NCBI GenBank assembly: GCA_964586605.1
Contig: CAZPGX010000003.1
Coordinates: forward strand, 1 to 47,452
Length of the DNA stretch: 47,452 nt
Source: an uncultured Planctomycetia bacterium
GTDB taxonomy: Bacteria; Omnitrophota; Gorgyraeia; JAFGHF01
Direction: 5' to 3'
The position numbers and the translations under genes are program-made. The notes below the pieces were generated by a model. It was not told where the DNA came from, made no database searches, and saw only the letters and a program-made list of their open reading frames with translations. Positions 36,519 through 46,322 of the stretch are shown one piece after another. Each line of letters begins with the position of its first letter. Position 1 is the stretch's first letter.

Positions 36519-36521
36519 CGA

Positions 36522-36550
36522 AGTATAGCACAGCAGAATTGGGCTGTCAA
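36522..36550 (-). promoter_or_regulatory. Near-consensus sigma70 promoter of nrdJ
   Basis: The minus strand reads TTGACA-17 bp-TATACT. Confidence 0.7.
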
Positions 36551-36626
36551 GGAAAAAATCGAAAAAAACATACTATATATTGGGCTCTGCCAAATTTAAA
36601 AGCCCAATAAATTGTATATATTGGGC
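36538..36626 (-). promoter_or_regulatory. Phased operator-like array (GCCCAAT / GCCCAATATATA boxes; NrdR-box-like)
   Basis: The heptamer ATTGGGC (plus strand) occurs at 36538, 36579 and 36620, exactly 41 bp apart. An inverted copy lies at 36602. Two copies extend to the identical 12-mer TATATATTGGGC. The proximal copy abuts the -35. Confidence 0.5.
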
Positions 36627-36677
36627 AAATAAATTACTCTAACTCTTTTAGCTTCATACTGTTATGCAAAATTTAGC

Positions 36678-37589
36678 CTATTTTATGCGAAAAAACCTCT
36701 TTAGGTTGTATGTTCTTCTTTTTCTGGCCAGAGCAATTTTAAGTTTAGCTAAGGTCTCTTCTGCTGCCTTTTCTCCTTCCTGGATACATCTTAAACCTTG
36801 AGAAAAGGCCGCCCAACTAATATCGCCGACCTGCGGCTGAATCGTAAAGTCGGCCAGTCGCAGCTTGAGGCGATTCAATTCGTGTGAACGGATTTCATCC
36901 GCCTGAAAAAGGATATCCATTCCATGTCTGAACTTATCGTAAAAGATCTTCTGCTCCACATTAACCACGATAATAAAATCTGCGCCGAGCGAGTGCGCTG
37001 CTTCTGTGGGTACCTCGCTGGTTATGCTTCCGTCGACTAAAAGCCTCTCCCCTAATTTTACCGGCGGAAACACCCCCGCCACCGAGCTTGAGGCCATTAC
37101 GGCATTGACCATTTTCCCTTTATTTAAAATAACCTCATCGCCTGTCTTTAAATCACAGGCAATGCAGGCAAAAGGTATCTTAGTCTCTGAGAAGCGCATC
37201 TTCTCTACCAGCTCTTCAATGAGTTGCTTAATCTCTGCGCCGTTACCCATTGAACGTTTGATGCCTTTAAGATTCCAAAGGAGCAGGTCTTTTACAAAAC
37301 TCACCAGGCCCTCAACAATCATCCGTTTTTCTTCGGGGCGGGATTCTCCGGCCAAGGCCTCAAGCTTAGCAATCGGTTTCTGCTTAAGAAGTTCTATGAT
37401 TCTCCGTTCTAAGTAAAAACTATCTTTGCAGAGGGCGTAAGCGCCGCCGATAACCGCGCCCATACTCGTGCCCACAATAAGGTCTATCGGGACCCTCTCG
37501 CGCTCAAGTATCTTTAAAACGCCGATGTGGGCCAGGCCGCGCACCCCTCCCCCACCCAACGCTAAACCAACTTTGAATTTTTTTCTCAT
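36678..37589 (-). CDS. Patatin-like phospholipase
   Basis: 303 aa with GLALGGGGVRG (oxyanion hole), GTSMGA (nucleophile elbow GxSxG) and DGS (catalytic Asp). Confidence 0.88.
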   Translation of the reverse strand: MRKKFKVGLALGGGGVRGLAHIGVLKILERERVPIDLIVGTSMGAVIGGAYALCKDSFYLERRIIELLKQKPIAKLEALAGESRPEEKRMIVEGLVSFVKDLLLWNLKGIKRSMGNGAEIKQLIEELVEKMRFSETKIPFACIACDLKTGDEVILNKGKMVNAVMASSSVAGVFPPVKLGERLLVDGSITSEVPTEAAHSLGADFIIVVNVEQKIFYDKFRHGMDILFQADEIRSHELNRLKLRLADFTIQPQVGDISWAAFSQGLRCIQEGEKAAEETLAKLKIALARKRRTYNLKRFFRIK

Positions 37590-37945
37590 TTTACGCTTGC
37601 CGCCACTAAAACTACGCCTAAAAAGATAAAGGCCAAACCGCCCATCTTGAGTAAAGAGATACTCTCTTTAAAAACTAAAAGAGACAAAAGAGGTACTACT
37701 ACATAAGTCAGGCTCCAGACCGGATAGGCATAACTCAACTCGGCCTTGGAAAGCGCTAGCACATAGGCCGCCCAGCCCAAAACGGCAAAGGTTATCCCTA
37801 AGATTACTTGAGGATTTGTAAAGATCTGAAAAAATTTAGAACCCACGCCCTCAATCGGCCCAACGATAAGCAGGCCTTTTTTTAAGATAAGCTGGCCTAT
37901 GCTGGTAAGCAAAACACTAACTAAAAGTACGGCTAATGGCCTCAT
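37586..37945 (-). CDS. Small four-TM DMT/EamA-like membrane protein (ArnE/SMR-like)
   Basis: 119 aa with four hydrophobic segments. The N-terminus LLTSIGQLILKKG is typical of EamA half-transporters. Confidence 0.55.
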   Translation of the reverse strand: MRPLAVLLVSVLLTSIGQLILKKGLLIVGPIEGVGSKFFQIFTNPQVILGITFAVLGWAAYVLALSKAELSYAYPVWSLTYVVVPLLSLLVFKESISLLKMGGLAFIFLGVVLVAASVK

Positions 37946-38607
37946 CCGCTGGCTCCTTTCATCAGGTTTGCCTTAATGGGTATAAAGATTACGTAAATTA
38001 AGGATAAGATAAAGATGGTTAATTCGGGGATAATGAATATCAGCGGCAATATTAGAACAAAGCCAACCAGATATTTACGTTGGAATAAAGGTACATTCTT
38101 AAAGGTGGGGTATCGGATTCCGGAGACCATCATCATTGCCAGAATACCCACCACCAGCGAAATGGCCTGAGAGTCAAGCTGTAAATTATAGTGATGATAA
38201 ACAAGCACAAAAGATGCAGCGCTCGCTGCAAAGGCCGGAGAAGGCAGGCCTTTAAAGAAAATGCCTTCTTTTTCTCCGTTCTCTGTATTGAACCTGGCCA
38301 AGCGAAAAACGCCGCAGAAGACTGCCGCTAAACACACCAACAGCCGCCAGAGAAGAAATTCCGGCCGGCTTAGAGTAAAGATTAGAATTGAAGGAGCAAT
38401 TATAAAAGAAACCAAATCCGCCAGTGAATCGAACTGCCTGCCGAATTCCGAAGGTTCATCGCCCATGCGGGCAATCTTCCCATCGGCAATATCAAAGATA
38501 ATGGAAAAGAAAATAATCCAGGCCGCCTGGACATATCTGCCCATCACCGAAAGCAGTATTGACATCGTCCCGAAAAGAAGGTTTGCCGCGGTAACTACGT
38601 TAGCCAT
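37942..38607 (-). CDS. pssA: CDP-diacylglycerol--serine O-phosphatidyltransferase (CDP-alcohol phosphatidyltransferase family)
   Basis: 221 aa. The motif DGx2ARx8Gx3Dx3D is present as DIADGKIARMGDEPSEFGRQFDSLAD. Confidence 0.8.
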   Translation of the reverse strand: MANVVTAANLLFGTMSILLSVMGRYVQAAWIIFFSIIFDIADGKIARMGDEPSEFGRQFDSLADLVSFIIAPSILIFTLSRPEFLLWRLLVCLAAVFCGVFRLARFNTENGEKEGIFFKGLPSPAFAASAASFVLVYHHYNLQLDSQAISLVVGILAMMMVSGIRYPTFKNVPLFQRKYLVGFVLILPLIFIIPELTIFILSLIYVIFIPIKANLMKGASG

Positions 38608-38637
38608 GTATCTTGTGCTTTCCAGCCCTCGCCCCCC

Positions 38638-41600
38638 CTAGTTTACAGTTACTTCTTTTCTCTCAAATATAGAATAAAGGGTAGGAATCAGAACCAGCGT
38701 AATCAATGTGGACACAACTAATCCTCCTATTACCACAGTAGCTAAGGCGTGCCATTCTTCCGCGCCTTCTCCCTGAAATAGCGCTAAAGGCAAAAGCCCT
38801 ACCATTGTGGTAATGGCGGTCATTAAAACCGGGCGAAGCCTGACCACTCCCCCCTCTTTTATCGCCTCCATAAGAGGCAGTCCCTTTTTTCTTAACGTAT
38901 TGATATAATCAATAAGAACAATAGCGTTATTGACCACAATACCTGTAAGCAAGATTATACCAATAAATGAATCTACATTCAACCTCTGATTAGTCAAAAG
39001 CAAAGACCAGATTACGCCAATCATCGCAAAAGGAATAGAAAACAGAATAACAAAGGGATGTTTAAAGGACTCAAATAAGGAGGCCATCACCATATACACA
39101 AGCAATATCCCCAAAATAAGGGCAAAGAAAAGCCATTGGAAGGCCTCTACCTGTTCCTCCCGAGCCCCGCTAAAGGCATAGGAAAAACCGGCTGGTCGAG
39201 GAATCTGCGAAATCTTGCGGTTCGCCTCTTTAACCGCAGTGCCTAAGTCTTTTCCGTAGATATTGGCGCTGACATAGACAATCCTTTCCTGGCCCTTACG
39301 CTCAATCTTAATCGGCCCTTTCTTCTGCATAATTTGAACTATATTAGACAGTCGAATCTGTTGTCCTGCTTGAGAAGTAACAAATAAATTATCCAGGTCT
39401 AAAAGCCTGCTTCTGTCTTCCGGCCTCAACCTAACAAAGATATCGTATTCATCTCCGTCTTCTCGATACTGTGTGGCGGCCTTGCCGTCAATAAATGTGC
39501 GCACTGTATTGGCCAGGCCTGTTACATTTACACCCAGGCGTGATGCTTTATCGCGGTCAGTCACAATTTGCAACTCGGGCTTTCCTTCTTTGCGGCTTAT
39601 TTCCACATCACTTACGCCTTTGATTTCTTCCAAGGCCTTAGCAATCTGTGCACAATATTTACGCGCCTGGACCAAATCATATCCCCGCACTTCAATTACT
39701 AAAGGTTTATTAGTTGAACCAAAAATTATTCCCTCCAGCGGATCCTCAGTACTAAATCTTACTTTGGTCCCGGCATACGAAGAAACTAAAGGCTTAAGCG
39801 CTGCTGCGATTTCTTTATTACTCCTTTTACGATATTTTTTCTGTACCAATTTATTCATCATCCAACCTGTATTGGAACTCTCCTCTCCGCCAATTATACT
39901 TACCATACCGCCTGTCTCTCCGTATCCCCAATCAAGTAAAGAGGCTTGCAGTTCCGGCACCTCTTTATAGAGAATATTTTCTATATCCAGCATCACCTTT
40001 CCAGTTTCACTGACCCTGGTGCCAATTGGACGCTCTACATCTATGCGAATAACTCCGGAGTCAACCTCGGGAAAAAATTCTGTTCCTACTAAGGGAATTA
40101 AACTGAAACTAAAAAGTAAAATCGAAATCCCTAATACTATAGTCCTTCTTCGATGACCAAGGGCCCAGGATAAAATCTTGCGATATCTCTCCTCTATTTT
40201 TCTAAACCAGCCTTCGCTAAGCTGGTATAAACGCCGGAGAAGCTGCGGCCTATTTTCTGTCTTTTGCCTTAAAGCCATAATCTTTGCAGAAAGCATCGGT
40301 ATCAGAGTTAAGGAAGTAAATAAAGAGGCAAGTAAAGCTAAACAAATTACCGCGGCCATCTGCCTGAAAAGGATACCGCTTATTCCCTTGACAAAAATAA
40401 TCGGCAGAAAGATTGCCATGGTAGTTAAGGTAGAAGCAACAACTGCCTTTTCTACTTCACTGGCGCCAAAAATGGCAGCATCCTTTGCTGAGTGATTTAA
40501 TTTGTCCCGGTGGCGATGGATATTCTCAGAAACAACAATGGATGCATCCACAACCATCCCTAAAGCAATAGCCAAACTACTTAAAGAAATCATATTTAAG
40601 GTATAATCAGCTACATACATTAAAACGAAAGTAATAATTAAAGAGCAAGGAATAGCTGAAACAACAATCAGAGAAGTCAAGATACGTCTTAGGAAAAATA
40701 ATATTACCAAAACTACCAAAATCCCACCCCAGAAGAGGGAATTCTTTAATGTATCTATCGATAATCTAATAAATTCGGACATATCCCGGTTAACCTTAAC
40801 TTGCACATCGGAAGGTAAATCTTCTTTTAATTTGGGCAATTGTTTTAAGACACGGTCGGCTGCACTTACAGTATTAGCCCCTGATTGCTTTTGGATAATC
40901 AGAATTAAGCCTTCTCTTTTATTAATCCGGGCATATTTGGTTTGATCAGCAAAGCTATCGGAAACACGCGCTACATCCTTAAGATATATCGGCACACCCT
41001 TAGGCATAGCAATTATTGTATTTTCAATCTCTTCTACGCTCTTAAATTCTTCAGGAACTCTCACTAAATAATCGGTAAGACCGGTTTTTAAATGTCCGCC
41101 GGGTGTAGTGAGATTTTGTAACTGCAAACTCTGAACAACTTGGTTTACAGATAAATGCAAAACTTCCAGGCGGCTTTTGTCGACTTCTACCAGAATCTGT
41201 CTTTCTAAACCTCCGCGAACCAAAGCAGCAGCTACCCCGGGAATTCTTTTGATTGCGTCGACAATTTTATCTTCGACAATCTTTTTCAAGCGCGGATAAC
41301 TTTCGTCAGCCGTTACTCCCATAATCATGATCGGCATCATAGAGAAATCAAATTTAAAGATGATTGGTTCATCAGCATCATCAGGAAGTTCCTTCTTAGC
41401 TAGACCGACATAGTCTCGAACATCATTGGAGGCCTCATCCATATTGGAACCCCAATTAAAAGCCAGATTTATAATAGAACTTCCTTCGCGGGAAATAGAT
41501 GTTATCTTATCTAAATTAGGCACAGTAGCCAAACGTTCTTCTAATTTCTCAGTAATGCGTTTCTCTACCTCTTCGGGGCCCGCTCCAGAATAATTAGTAA

Positions 41601-41742
41601 ATACACCAATGACGGGCATCTCAAGCTCCGGCATCATATCTAAGCCTAAACGGGATAAAGAGACTGCGCCCAGGATGATAATGCCGATAAAAATCATGGT
41701 TACGGTAACAGGCCGTTTAACCCCAAATTGCGGAAGATTCAT
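38638..41742 (-). CDS. RND efflux transporter permease (AcrB/HAE family)
   Basis: 1034 aa with 12-TM RND topology and two large periplasmic loops. The N-terminus is typical (RPVTVTMIFIGIIILG...). Confidence 0.92.
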   Translation of the reverse strand: MNLPQFGVKRPVTVTMIFIGIIILGAVSLSRLGLDMMPELEMPVIGVFTNYSGAGPEEVEKRITEKLEERLATVPNLDKITSISREGSSIINLAFNWGSNMDEASNDVRDYVGLAKKELPDDADEPIIFKFDFSMMPIMIMGVTADESYPRLKKIVEDKIVDAIKRIPGVAAALVRGGLERQILVEVDKSRLEVLHLSVNQVVQSLQLQNLTTPGGHLKTGLTDYLVRVPEEFKSVEEIENTIIAMPKGVPIYLKDVARVSDSFADQTKYARINKREGLILIIQKQSGANTVSAADRVLKQLPKLKEDLPSDVQVKVNRDMSEFIRLSIDTLKNSLFWGGILVVLVILFFLRRILTSLIVVSAIPCSLIITFVLMYVADYTLNMISLSSLAIALGMVVDASIVVSENIHRHRDKLNHSAKDAAIFGASEVEKAVVASTLTTMAIFLPIIFVKGISGILFRQMAAVICLALLASLFTSLTLIPMLSAKIMALRQKTENRPQLLRRLYQLSEGWFRKIEERYRKILSWALGHRRRTIVLGISILLFSFSLIPLVGTEFFPEVDSGVIRIDVERPIGTRVSETGKVMLDIENILYKEVPELQASLLDWGYGETGGMVSIIGGEESSNTGWMMNKLVQKKYRKRSNKEIAAALKPLVSSYAGTKVRFSTEDPLEGIIFGSTNKPLVIEVRGYDLVQARKYCAQIAKALEEIKGVSDVEISRKEGKPELQIVTDRDKASRLGVNVTGLANTVRTFIDGKAATQYREDGDEYDIFVRLRPEDRSRLLDLDNLFVTSQAGQQIRLSNIVQIMQKKGPIKIERKGQERIVYVSANIYGKDLGTAVKEANRKISQIPRPAGFSYAFSGAREEQVEAFQWLFFALILGILLVYMVMASLFESFKHPFVILFSIPFAMIGVIWSLLLTNQRLNVDSFIGIILLTGIVVNNAIVLIDYINTLRKKGLPLMEAIKEGGVVRLRPVLMTAITTMVGLLPLALFQGEGAEEWHALATVVIGGLVVSTLITLVLIPTLYSIFERKEVTVN

Positions 41743-41751
41743 AAATACCTC

Positions 41752-42630
41752 TTATTTTTCCTCTTCTACTATCCTGACTAAATCCCCATCTTTCAAGTCT
41801 GAGGGGCCCATAACTATTACCTTATCTCCCGATTTCAAGCCTTCTAAAACCTCAAATTTCCCATCAGATGCTAACCCTATCTTAACCTCTTTTTTATATG
41901 CGCGGTTATCTTCTACCATAAATATATATCTCTGGCTATCCTCTTCAATAACCGCCTCGCGCAAAATTAGCAGAACATCTTTATGCTCTCCCACCATAAG
42001 TTTAATGCGGGCAAACATCCCGGGTTTCAATTTATGTTTGGGGTTGGCAATATTTATCCAAACCGGGGCTGTACGTGTATCTAAATCCACTACCGGGCTT
42101 ACTTTTTCTACATAGCCTTTGAAGACTTCACCTGCATAGGCATCGATATTAACCTGCGCCGATAGATCCTTTTCCATTCTCGGTAAGTCTTTCTCGGTAA
42201 CATTAATCTTAACGCGTACTTCATCCATATTTACCACTAAGGCAATGGGCGTGATTAAGTTTACACTTGCGCCCCTATCCATGTACGCCCTGCCTACTAT
42301 GCCGGTAATTGGAGAAGTTACAGGTGCAAGTTCAAATTCATAACCAATTTCATCGCGGTCAACCAGCGCTAAGGTTTGGCCTTTTTCCACAAAATCGGCC
42401 TCCTGAACTTTATTCTCTACCAGTTTTCCCGTAACCTTGGAAAAAACCGTGGCCTGGTCTTTCGCTTCGATATCACCCGAATAAAAGAGAAATTCTTTCA
42501 GGTTCTGCCTGCTCACCAGAGTTACACTTACAGGATGAGTCGTTTGTTTATAAATTTCTTCTGTCTCTCTTTTCGCACATCCGGTTAAAAAATGCAAAAT
42601 GCAAAATGCAAAAATCAAAATTACTCTCAT
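41752..42630 (-). CDS. RND efflux periplasmic adaptor (membrane fusion protein), lipoprotein
   Basis: 292 aa with lipobox LTGC. It has a biotinyl-lipoyl/beta-barrel MFP pattern (GQTLALVD, ITSPITGIVG). Confidence 0.85.
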   Translation of the reverse strand: MRVILIFAFCILHFLTGCAKRETEEIYKQTTHPVSVTLVSRQNLKEFLFYSGDIEAKDQATVFSKVTGKLVENKVQEADFVEKGQTLALVDRDEIGYEFELAPVTSPITGIVGRAYMDRGASVNLITPIALVVNMDEVRVKINVTEKDLPRMEKDLSAQVNIDAYAGEVFKGYVEKVSPVVDLDTRTAPVWINIANPKHKLKPGMFARIKLMVGEHKDVLLILREAVIEEDSQRYIFMVEDNRAYKKEVKIGLASDGKFEVLEGLKSGDKVIVMGPSDLKDGDLVRIVEEEK

Positions 42631-44157
42631 TTATTCCTCCAATGTTATATTGTTCTTAACTAAAGTTACGCCTATTGCCTTTTCCAATTCAATCCACGAT
42701 TGCGCATAATCTATCAGTGATTGGATATAGCTGGTCTCAGCGCCGGATAAATCCTCCTGGTATTCCAGCATATCGTGAGCACTGACCAGCCCTTCACGGA
42801 AACGTTGCTCAATTGCTGCATAGCGCGCAGTTTCGGTCTCCAGCCTCTTCTTGGCAGTAGTAATCTTCTCCCGGGCTGTATCTACGGCCCTTAGCGCATC
42901 CCTCACCTCCAGGATAATCCTCTGCTGCAAGCGCTCAAAGGAAATAAGCAGCTGTTTTCTGGTTAAATAGGCCTTTTCATAATCTGCCTTTGCCCCTTTG
43001 CTGCCCCAGGGCCAGCTCACTTTAAGGCCGGTGCTCCATTCTTTATAATCCGCCTTTAAAGCTCCATCGTAGTCTTTATCCAACCCATTTAAACCAAAAC
43101 TTCCCACTAAATCTACAGCCGGAAGCGCGCTGTTTTCTTTAATCAGGATGCGGATATCCTGATTCTTCAGTTCAATCTTGGCAGCTTCGTAATCCGGCCG
43201 GTATTCAAAAGCCTGTTTTAGGCTATCAATCAGGTCAACGGAAAGCTCTTTAACCTCCGGCCTATCCAGGGGCTCAATTTGCGCATGCCAGAGTTCGGGA
43301 TCATCAATAAGATTAGTTATATATTTAACCTTGTCTTCGGCGTCTTTTGTAGCCCTTTCAGCAGCAAGGAGTAAATCTTGCCTTTCGGCGACCCCGGTTT
43401 TGGCTTCTAACAAATCTATAAAGCTGGCTAACCCCTTCGCCTGTCTTTTCTGGACAATTTCAAGTAAATCCTTGGCCCTCTGCAAAGAAACTTCAGTAGT
43501 TTTATATTTCTCTATGTACAATACGTAACTATAATAGGCCTCTTTTACCTGGCTGATTAAATCAATTAAATCTTTCTTTAAATTCTGATCTAATTTTTCC
43601 AGATTATTGTTGGCGATAATGATATCCGCGCGATTTACGAAAACTCCAAAATCCTTAAAAAGAGGCTGGGTAACACTAACGGCAAATTCAGACTCATGAT
43701 AAGGATTTATGCTTAAGTATGCCGAATTGCTTTTGTATTTTTTATTCAAGAAATCTATATCGTATTCGGTGCCGGTAGGAAGCTTTCCGTCAATAGCAAA
43801 ATTAAATTTGCCTGTTCTTGTATGCGAACCGGCAAGCGCTGAGGCAGATTCAGTTTTGTCATCTTCTAATGAACTATCAAAAGTTAAGGTTGGGTTAAAC
43901 TCTGCCTTGGCTATCTCGATATCCTGCTCAGAAATTAATGGTTCTATTTTCCTTATCATGATTTCAGAATTATTCTTCAGGGCATAAGTAATGCAGTCAA
44001 CCAGGCCAATTTTTAATATCTTGGGCTGGGCAACGGAAGCAACAAAAAGGGCCTCTTTTACCGCCCGCTCTCTTTCTTCAACCTCTAAAGCCCGGACTGA
44101 ATAAGTAAACAGGCTAAGCAAAACTAGGCTTATAATAGAATAAAGGGCCTTCTTCAC
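42631..44157 (-). CDS. TolC-family outer-membrane efflux protein
   Basis: 508 aa with a signal peptide and two OEP repeats. It is contiguous with the MFP gene. Confidence 0.85.
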   Translation of the reverse strand: MKKALYSIISLVLLSLFTYSVRALEVEERERAVKEALFVASVAQPKILKIGLVDCITYALKNNSEIMIRKIEPLISEQDIEIAKAEFNPTLTFDSSLEDDKTESASALAGSHTRTGKFNFAIDGKLPTGTEYDIDFLNKKYKSNSAYLSINPYHESEFAVSVTQPLFKDFGVFVNRADIIIANNNLEKLDQNLKKDLIDLISQVKEAYYSYVLYIEKYKTTEVSLQRAKDLLEIVQKRQAKGLASFIDLLEAKTGVAERQDLLLAAERATKDAEDKVKYITNLIDDPELWHAQIEPLDRPEVKELSVDLIDSLKQAFEYRPDYEAAKIELKNQDIRILIKENSALPAVDLVGSFGLNGLDKDYDGALKADYKEWSTGLKVSWPWGSKGAKADYEKAYLTRKQLLISFERLQQRIILEVRDALRAVDTAREKITTAKKRLETETARYAAIEQRFREGLVSAHDMLEYQEDLSGAETSYIQSLIDYAQSWIELEKAIGVTLVKNNITLEE

Positions 44158-44786
44158 TATTTAGCACCCATCCCGTTTAAAAACACCTCTAAAACAAAAG
44201 GATATTGATTTGTTATATCTTCTTTGTGCTTTGTTGAATTCATCAACCGGGGCATAACAATTGAATGGATTATGGCCGATAAGACAGCGGCTACTTTTCT
44301 GGCCTGATGCTTCTTTGTAATAATGCCTCTAGATTGGGCCTGCGCAATTAAGTCAGCTATATAATCTAAGAATTCCAGCTGCAAATCTACCGTAGAAGCG
44401 GAAACCCTGTCTTTAACCTTCCAGCGCAAGCCTTCTCTTTGCGAAAAAAAGATTCTAAAGAAATCCTCATTGCTAATAAAAAATTTAAGCTGTGTCTGGA
44501 TTAATATTTTAATTCTCTCAAGAGGGTCTTTTCCCTTCTCAACATTCTCCTTAACTAGGCCTATTAACTGCCTCGTCTTTTTCTCTAACAAATTTACATA
44601 AAGGCTCTGCTTATCCTTAAAATAAAGATAGAGCGTGCCCACCCCGTACTGGGCCTCCTCGGCAATATCGGCCATCGTGGCCTGGTGATAGCCCCTTACG
44701 GCAAAGGCGCGCTCAGCTGCCCTCAGGATATCCGACCTTCTGAGTATCAGGTCTCTTTTCTTTCTATCTAATTGCGAAGTCGGCAA
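44157..44786 (-). CDS. TetR/AcrR-family transcriptional regulator (TTG start)
   Basis: 209 aa with the N-terminal HTH ILRAAERAFAVRGYHQATMADIAEEAQYGVGTLYLYF. GGAGG lies 7 nt upstream of the TTG. Confidence 0.88.
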   Translation of the reverse strand: MPTSQLDRKKRDLILRRSDILRAAERAFAVRGYHQATMADIAEEAQYGVGTLYLYFKDKQSLYVNLLEKKTRQLIGLVKENVEKGKDPLERIKILIQTQLKFFISNEDFFRIFFSQREGLRWKVKDRVSASTVDLQLEFLDYIADLIAQAQSRGIITKKHQARKVAAVLSAIIHSIVMPRLMNSTKHKEDITNQYPFVLEVFLNGMGAK

Positions 44787-44828
44787 GAATTACCTCCAAA
44801 ATTGAATTTTTGAACTGCTAATCATTTA

Positions 44829-44844
44829 GTGAATAAATATTCAC
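44829..44844 (-). promoter_or_regulatory. Candidate TetR operator (inverted repeat GTGAAT-N4-ATTCAC)
   Basis: GTGAATAAATATTCAC lies between the -10 and the RBS of the tetR-efflux operon. Confidence 0.5.
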
Positions 44845-44850
44845 AATATG

Positions 44851-44879
44851 AATATAGCATCATTATTTGAGTTTGTCAA
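44851..44879 (-). promoter_or_regulatory. Sigma70-like promoter of the tetR-tolC-MFP-RND operon
   Basis: The minus strand reads TTGACA-17 bp-TATATT. Confidence 0.65.
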
Positions 44880-44911
44880 GGAAAAATCTAGGGCTGGCTT
44901 AGTTGGCAGGT

Positions 44912-45556
44912 TTATTTATTTTCTAACTTCTTTATTCTCTCTTCAAGCTCGTGCTGTTTCTTGACCAGGATGTTTACGGCTTCGGCTACGGGGTCGGGAA
45001 GCCTGCCGTGCTCAAGGTCAATTAAGGGCTTGACCTTGGGCGCCTTGGTCTCGACAATCCTTCCGGGCACGCCTACTACTGTTGCCCCGGGAGGAACAGG
45101 CTTGACTACTACCGAGCCCGAACCTACTCTTGCCCCCTCGCCAATCTCGATGGCTCCCAGCACAACAGCATCTGCGCCGATAATCACCTTGCTGCCGATA
45201 GTGGGGTGGCGCTTTTTCTTCTGGCGAGATGTCCCGCCTAAGACCGCGCCCTGATAAAGCAGCACATCATCGCCGATCTCTGATGTCTCGCCGATAACCA
45301 CGCCCATCCCGTGGTCAATAAAGAACCTGCGCCCGATCTTTGCCCCGGGGTGAATCTCAACGCCGGTTAAGAAACGCGAGATATGCGAAATCAGCCGGGC
45401 TAAAAGCCCTAATCTATAGCGCCAGAGCAAATGGGCAATCCGGTGCATCCAGATAGCATGCAGGCCCGGATAGCACAGAAGCACCTCGATTATATTCCTG
45501 GCTGCCGGGTCCTCCCGGAATACCGTGCGAATATCTTCGGCGATTCTCTTAAACAT
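44912..45556 (-). CDS. cysE: Serine O-acetyltransferase
   Basis: The start is set at [21 protein letters not shown], with GGGAGAGG upstream. Hexapeptide-repeat body: [34 protein letters not shown]. Confidence 0.9.
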   Translation of the reverse strand: MFKRIAEDIRTVFREDPAARNIIEVLLCYPGLHAIWMHRIAHLLWRYRLGLLARLISHISRFLTGVEIHPGAKIGRRFFIDHGMGVVIGETSEIGDDVLLYQGAVLGGTSRQKKKRHPTIGSKVIIGADAVVLGAIEIGEGARVGSGSVVVKPVPPGATVVGVPGRIVETKAPKVKPLIDLEHGRLPDPVAEAVNILVKKQHELEERIKKLENK

Positions 45557-45569
45557 TGTCCTCTCCCTT

Positions 45570-46322
45570 TTAAGTCTTAACCAATTTAAGATTTCCCCAA
45601 ACTCCGATTTTTTCACCAAGAATAAGCACAACGCCTTTAATCTTGGGTTTGTCTTTGACAAATTCCAGGGTTCTTTCTATATCATTCGCCGTCTTAATCA
45701 TATTTCCTAACCGCGTGGCCCAGGCATCGGCCAGGATGGCTGAATTACAAACAACTACTGCCGCATCGGCCTGGCCAAAACTTAACGAAGGCCCCACTGT
45801 GCCGCTTGAGGTACACACCCCCCAGGTCCCGGCCGGAATCTCCAAAGCCAACTTCTCGGTATAAGGAGAGTTTCCGGCAAAGATGCCGATTTTTTTTATT
45901 CGCTTAGTTGCTATAAAGATATCCCCCCCGTTTTCCACGATTAGCTCGGGAGAAAACTTGAGTAAATCCTTGCCTACATATTCAGCCACAGCCCCGGCTA
46001 CTGCAGCCATCGGCCCGACTCCAGCCGAAAAAGAGGCCGCACTCATCCCGCGGATAATCTCGGGGGCATCTTCGCAGACACTATAAGGCTCAAGAGAACC
46101 GGCAAATCCAGGATCCTTTTTGAGATATCCCTCGATAAGCTGCCTGTGCGTCCTGAGTGACTTTTGGGCCGGTTGATTAAAAGGCTTCTCGGCGCGAATA
46201 AACAGGTCGCTTTCGCCTATTTTTACTGAAAAGCTCACCAGGGTCTTATCTTCTACCCAATTGCGATATCTGCGTATCTGGTAGGGCATAGGAGAGCGCT
46301 TGAAGGTCTCTTTCACAATCAA
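45570..46322 (-). CDS. UPF0280 / COG2122 ApbE-like protein (TTG start)
   Basis: 250 aa. [39 protein letters not shown] and ILADAWAT are typical UPF0280 blocks. Confidence 0.75.
   Translation of the reverse strand: MIVKETFKRSPMPYQIRRYRNWVEDKTLVSFSVKIGESDLFIRAEKPFNQPAQKSLRTHRQLIEGYLKKDPGFAGSLEPYSVCEDAPEIIRGMSAASFSAGVGPMAAVAGAVAEYVGKDLLKFSPELIVENGGDIFIATKRIKKIGIFAGNSPYTEKLALEIPAGTWGVCTSSGTVGPSLSFGQADAAVVVCNSAILADAWATRLGNMIKTANDIERTLEFVKDKPKIKGVVLILGEKIGVWGNLKLVKT

Noticed and set aside
36406-36521. Cobalamin (B12) riboswitch upstream of the B12-dependent nrdJ
   Set aside because: The leader is only about 110 nt. I cannot find the B12-box (consensus roughly rAGYCMGgAgaCCkGCc), the GCCACUG element or the multi-helix junction. 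AGGGAA alone is insufficient. It is kept only as an unclassified structured leader.
42589-42609. Heptanucleotide tandem repeat (AAAATGC x3, plus a degenerate fourth) as a slipped-strand phase-variation tract in the MFP lipoprotein signal peptide
   Set aside because: Three copies are too few for appreciable slippage. The repeat simply encodes the hydrophobic FAFCILHF segment, and nothing else suggests contingency behaviour.
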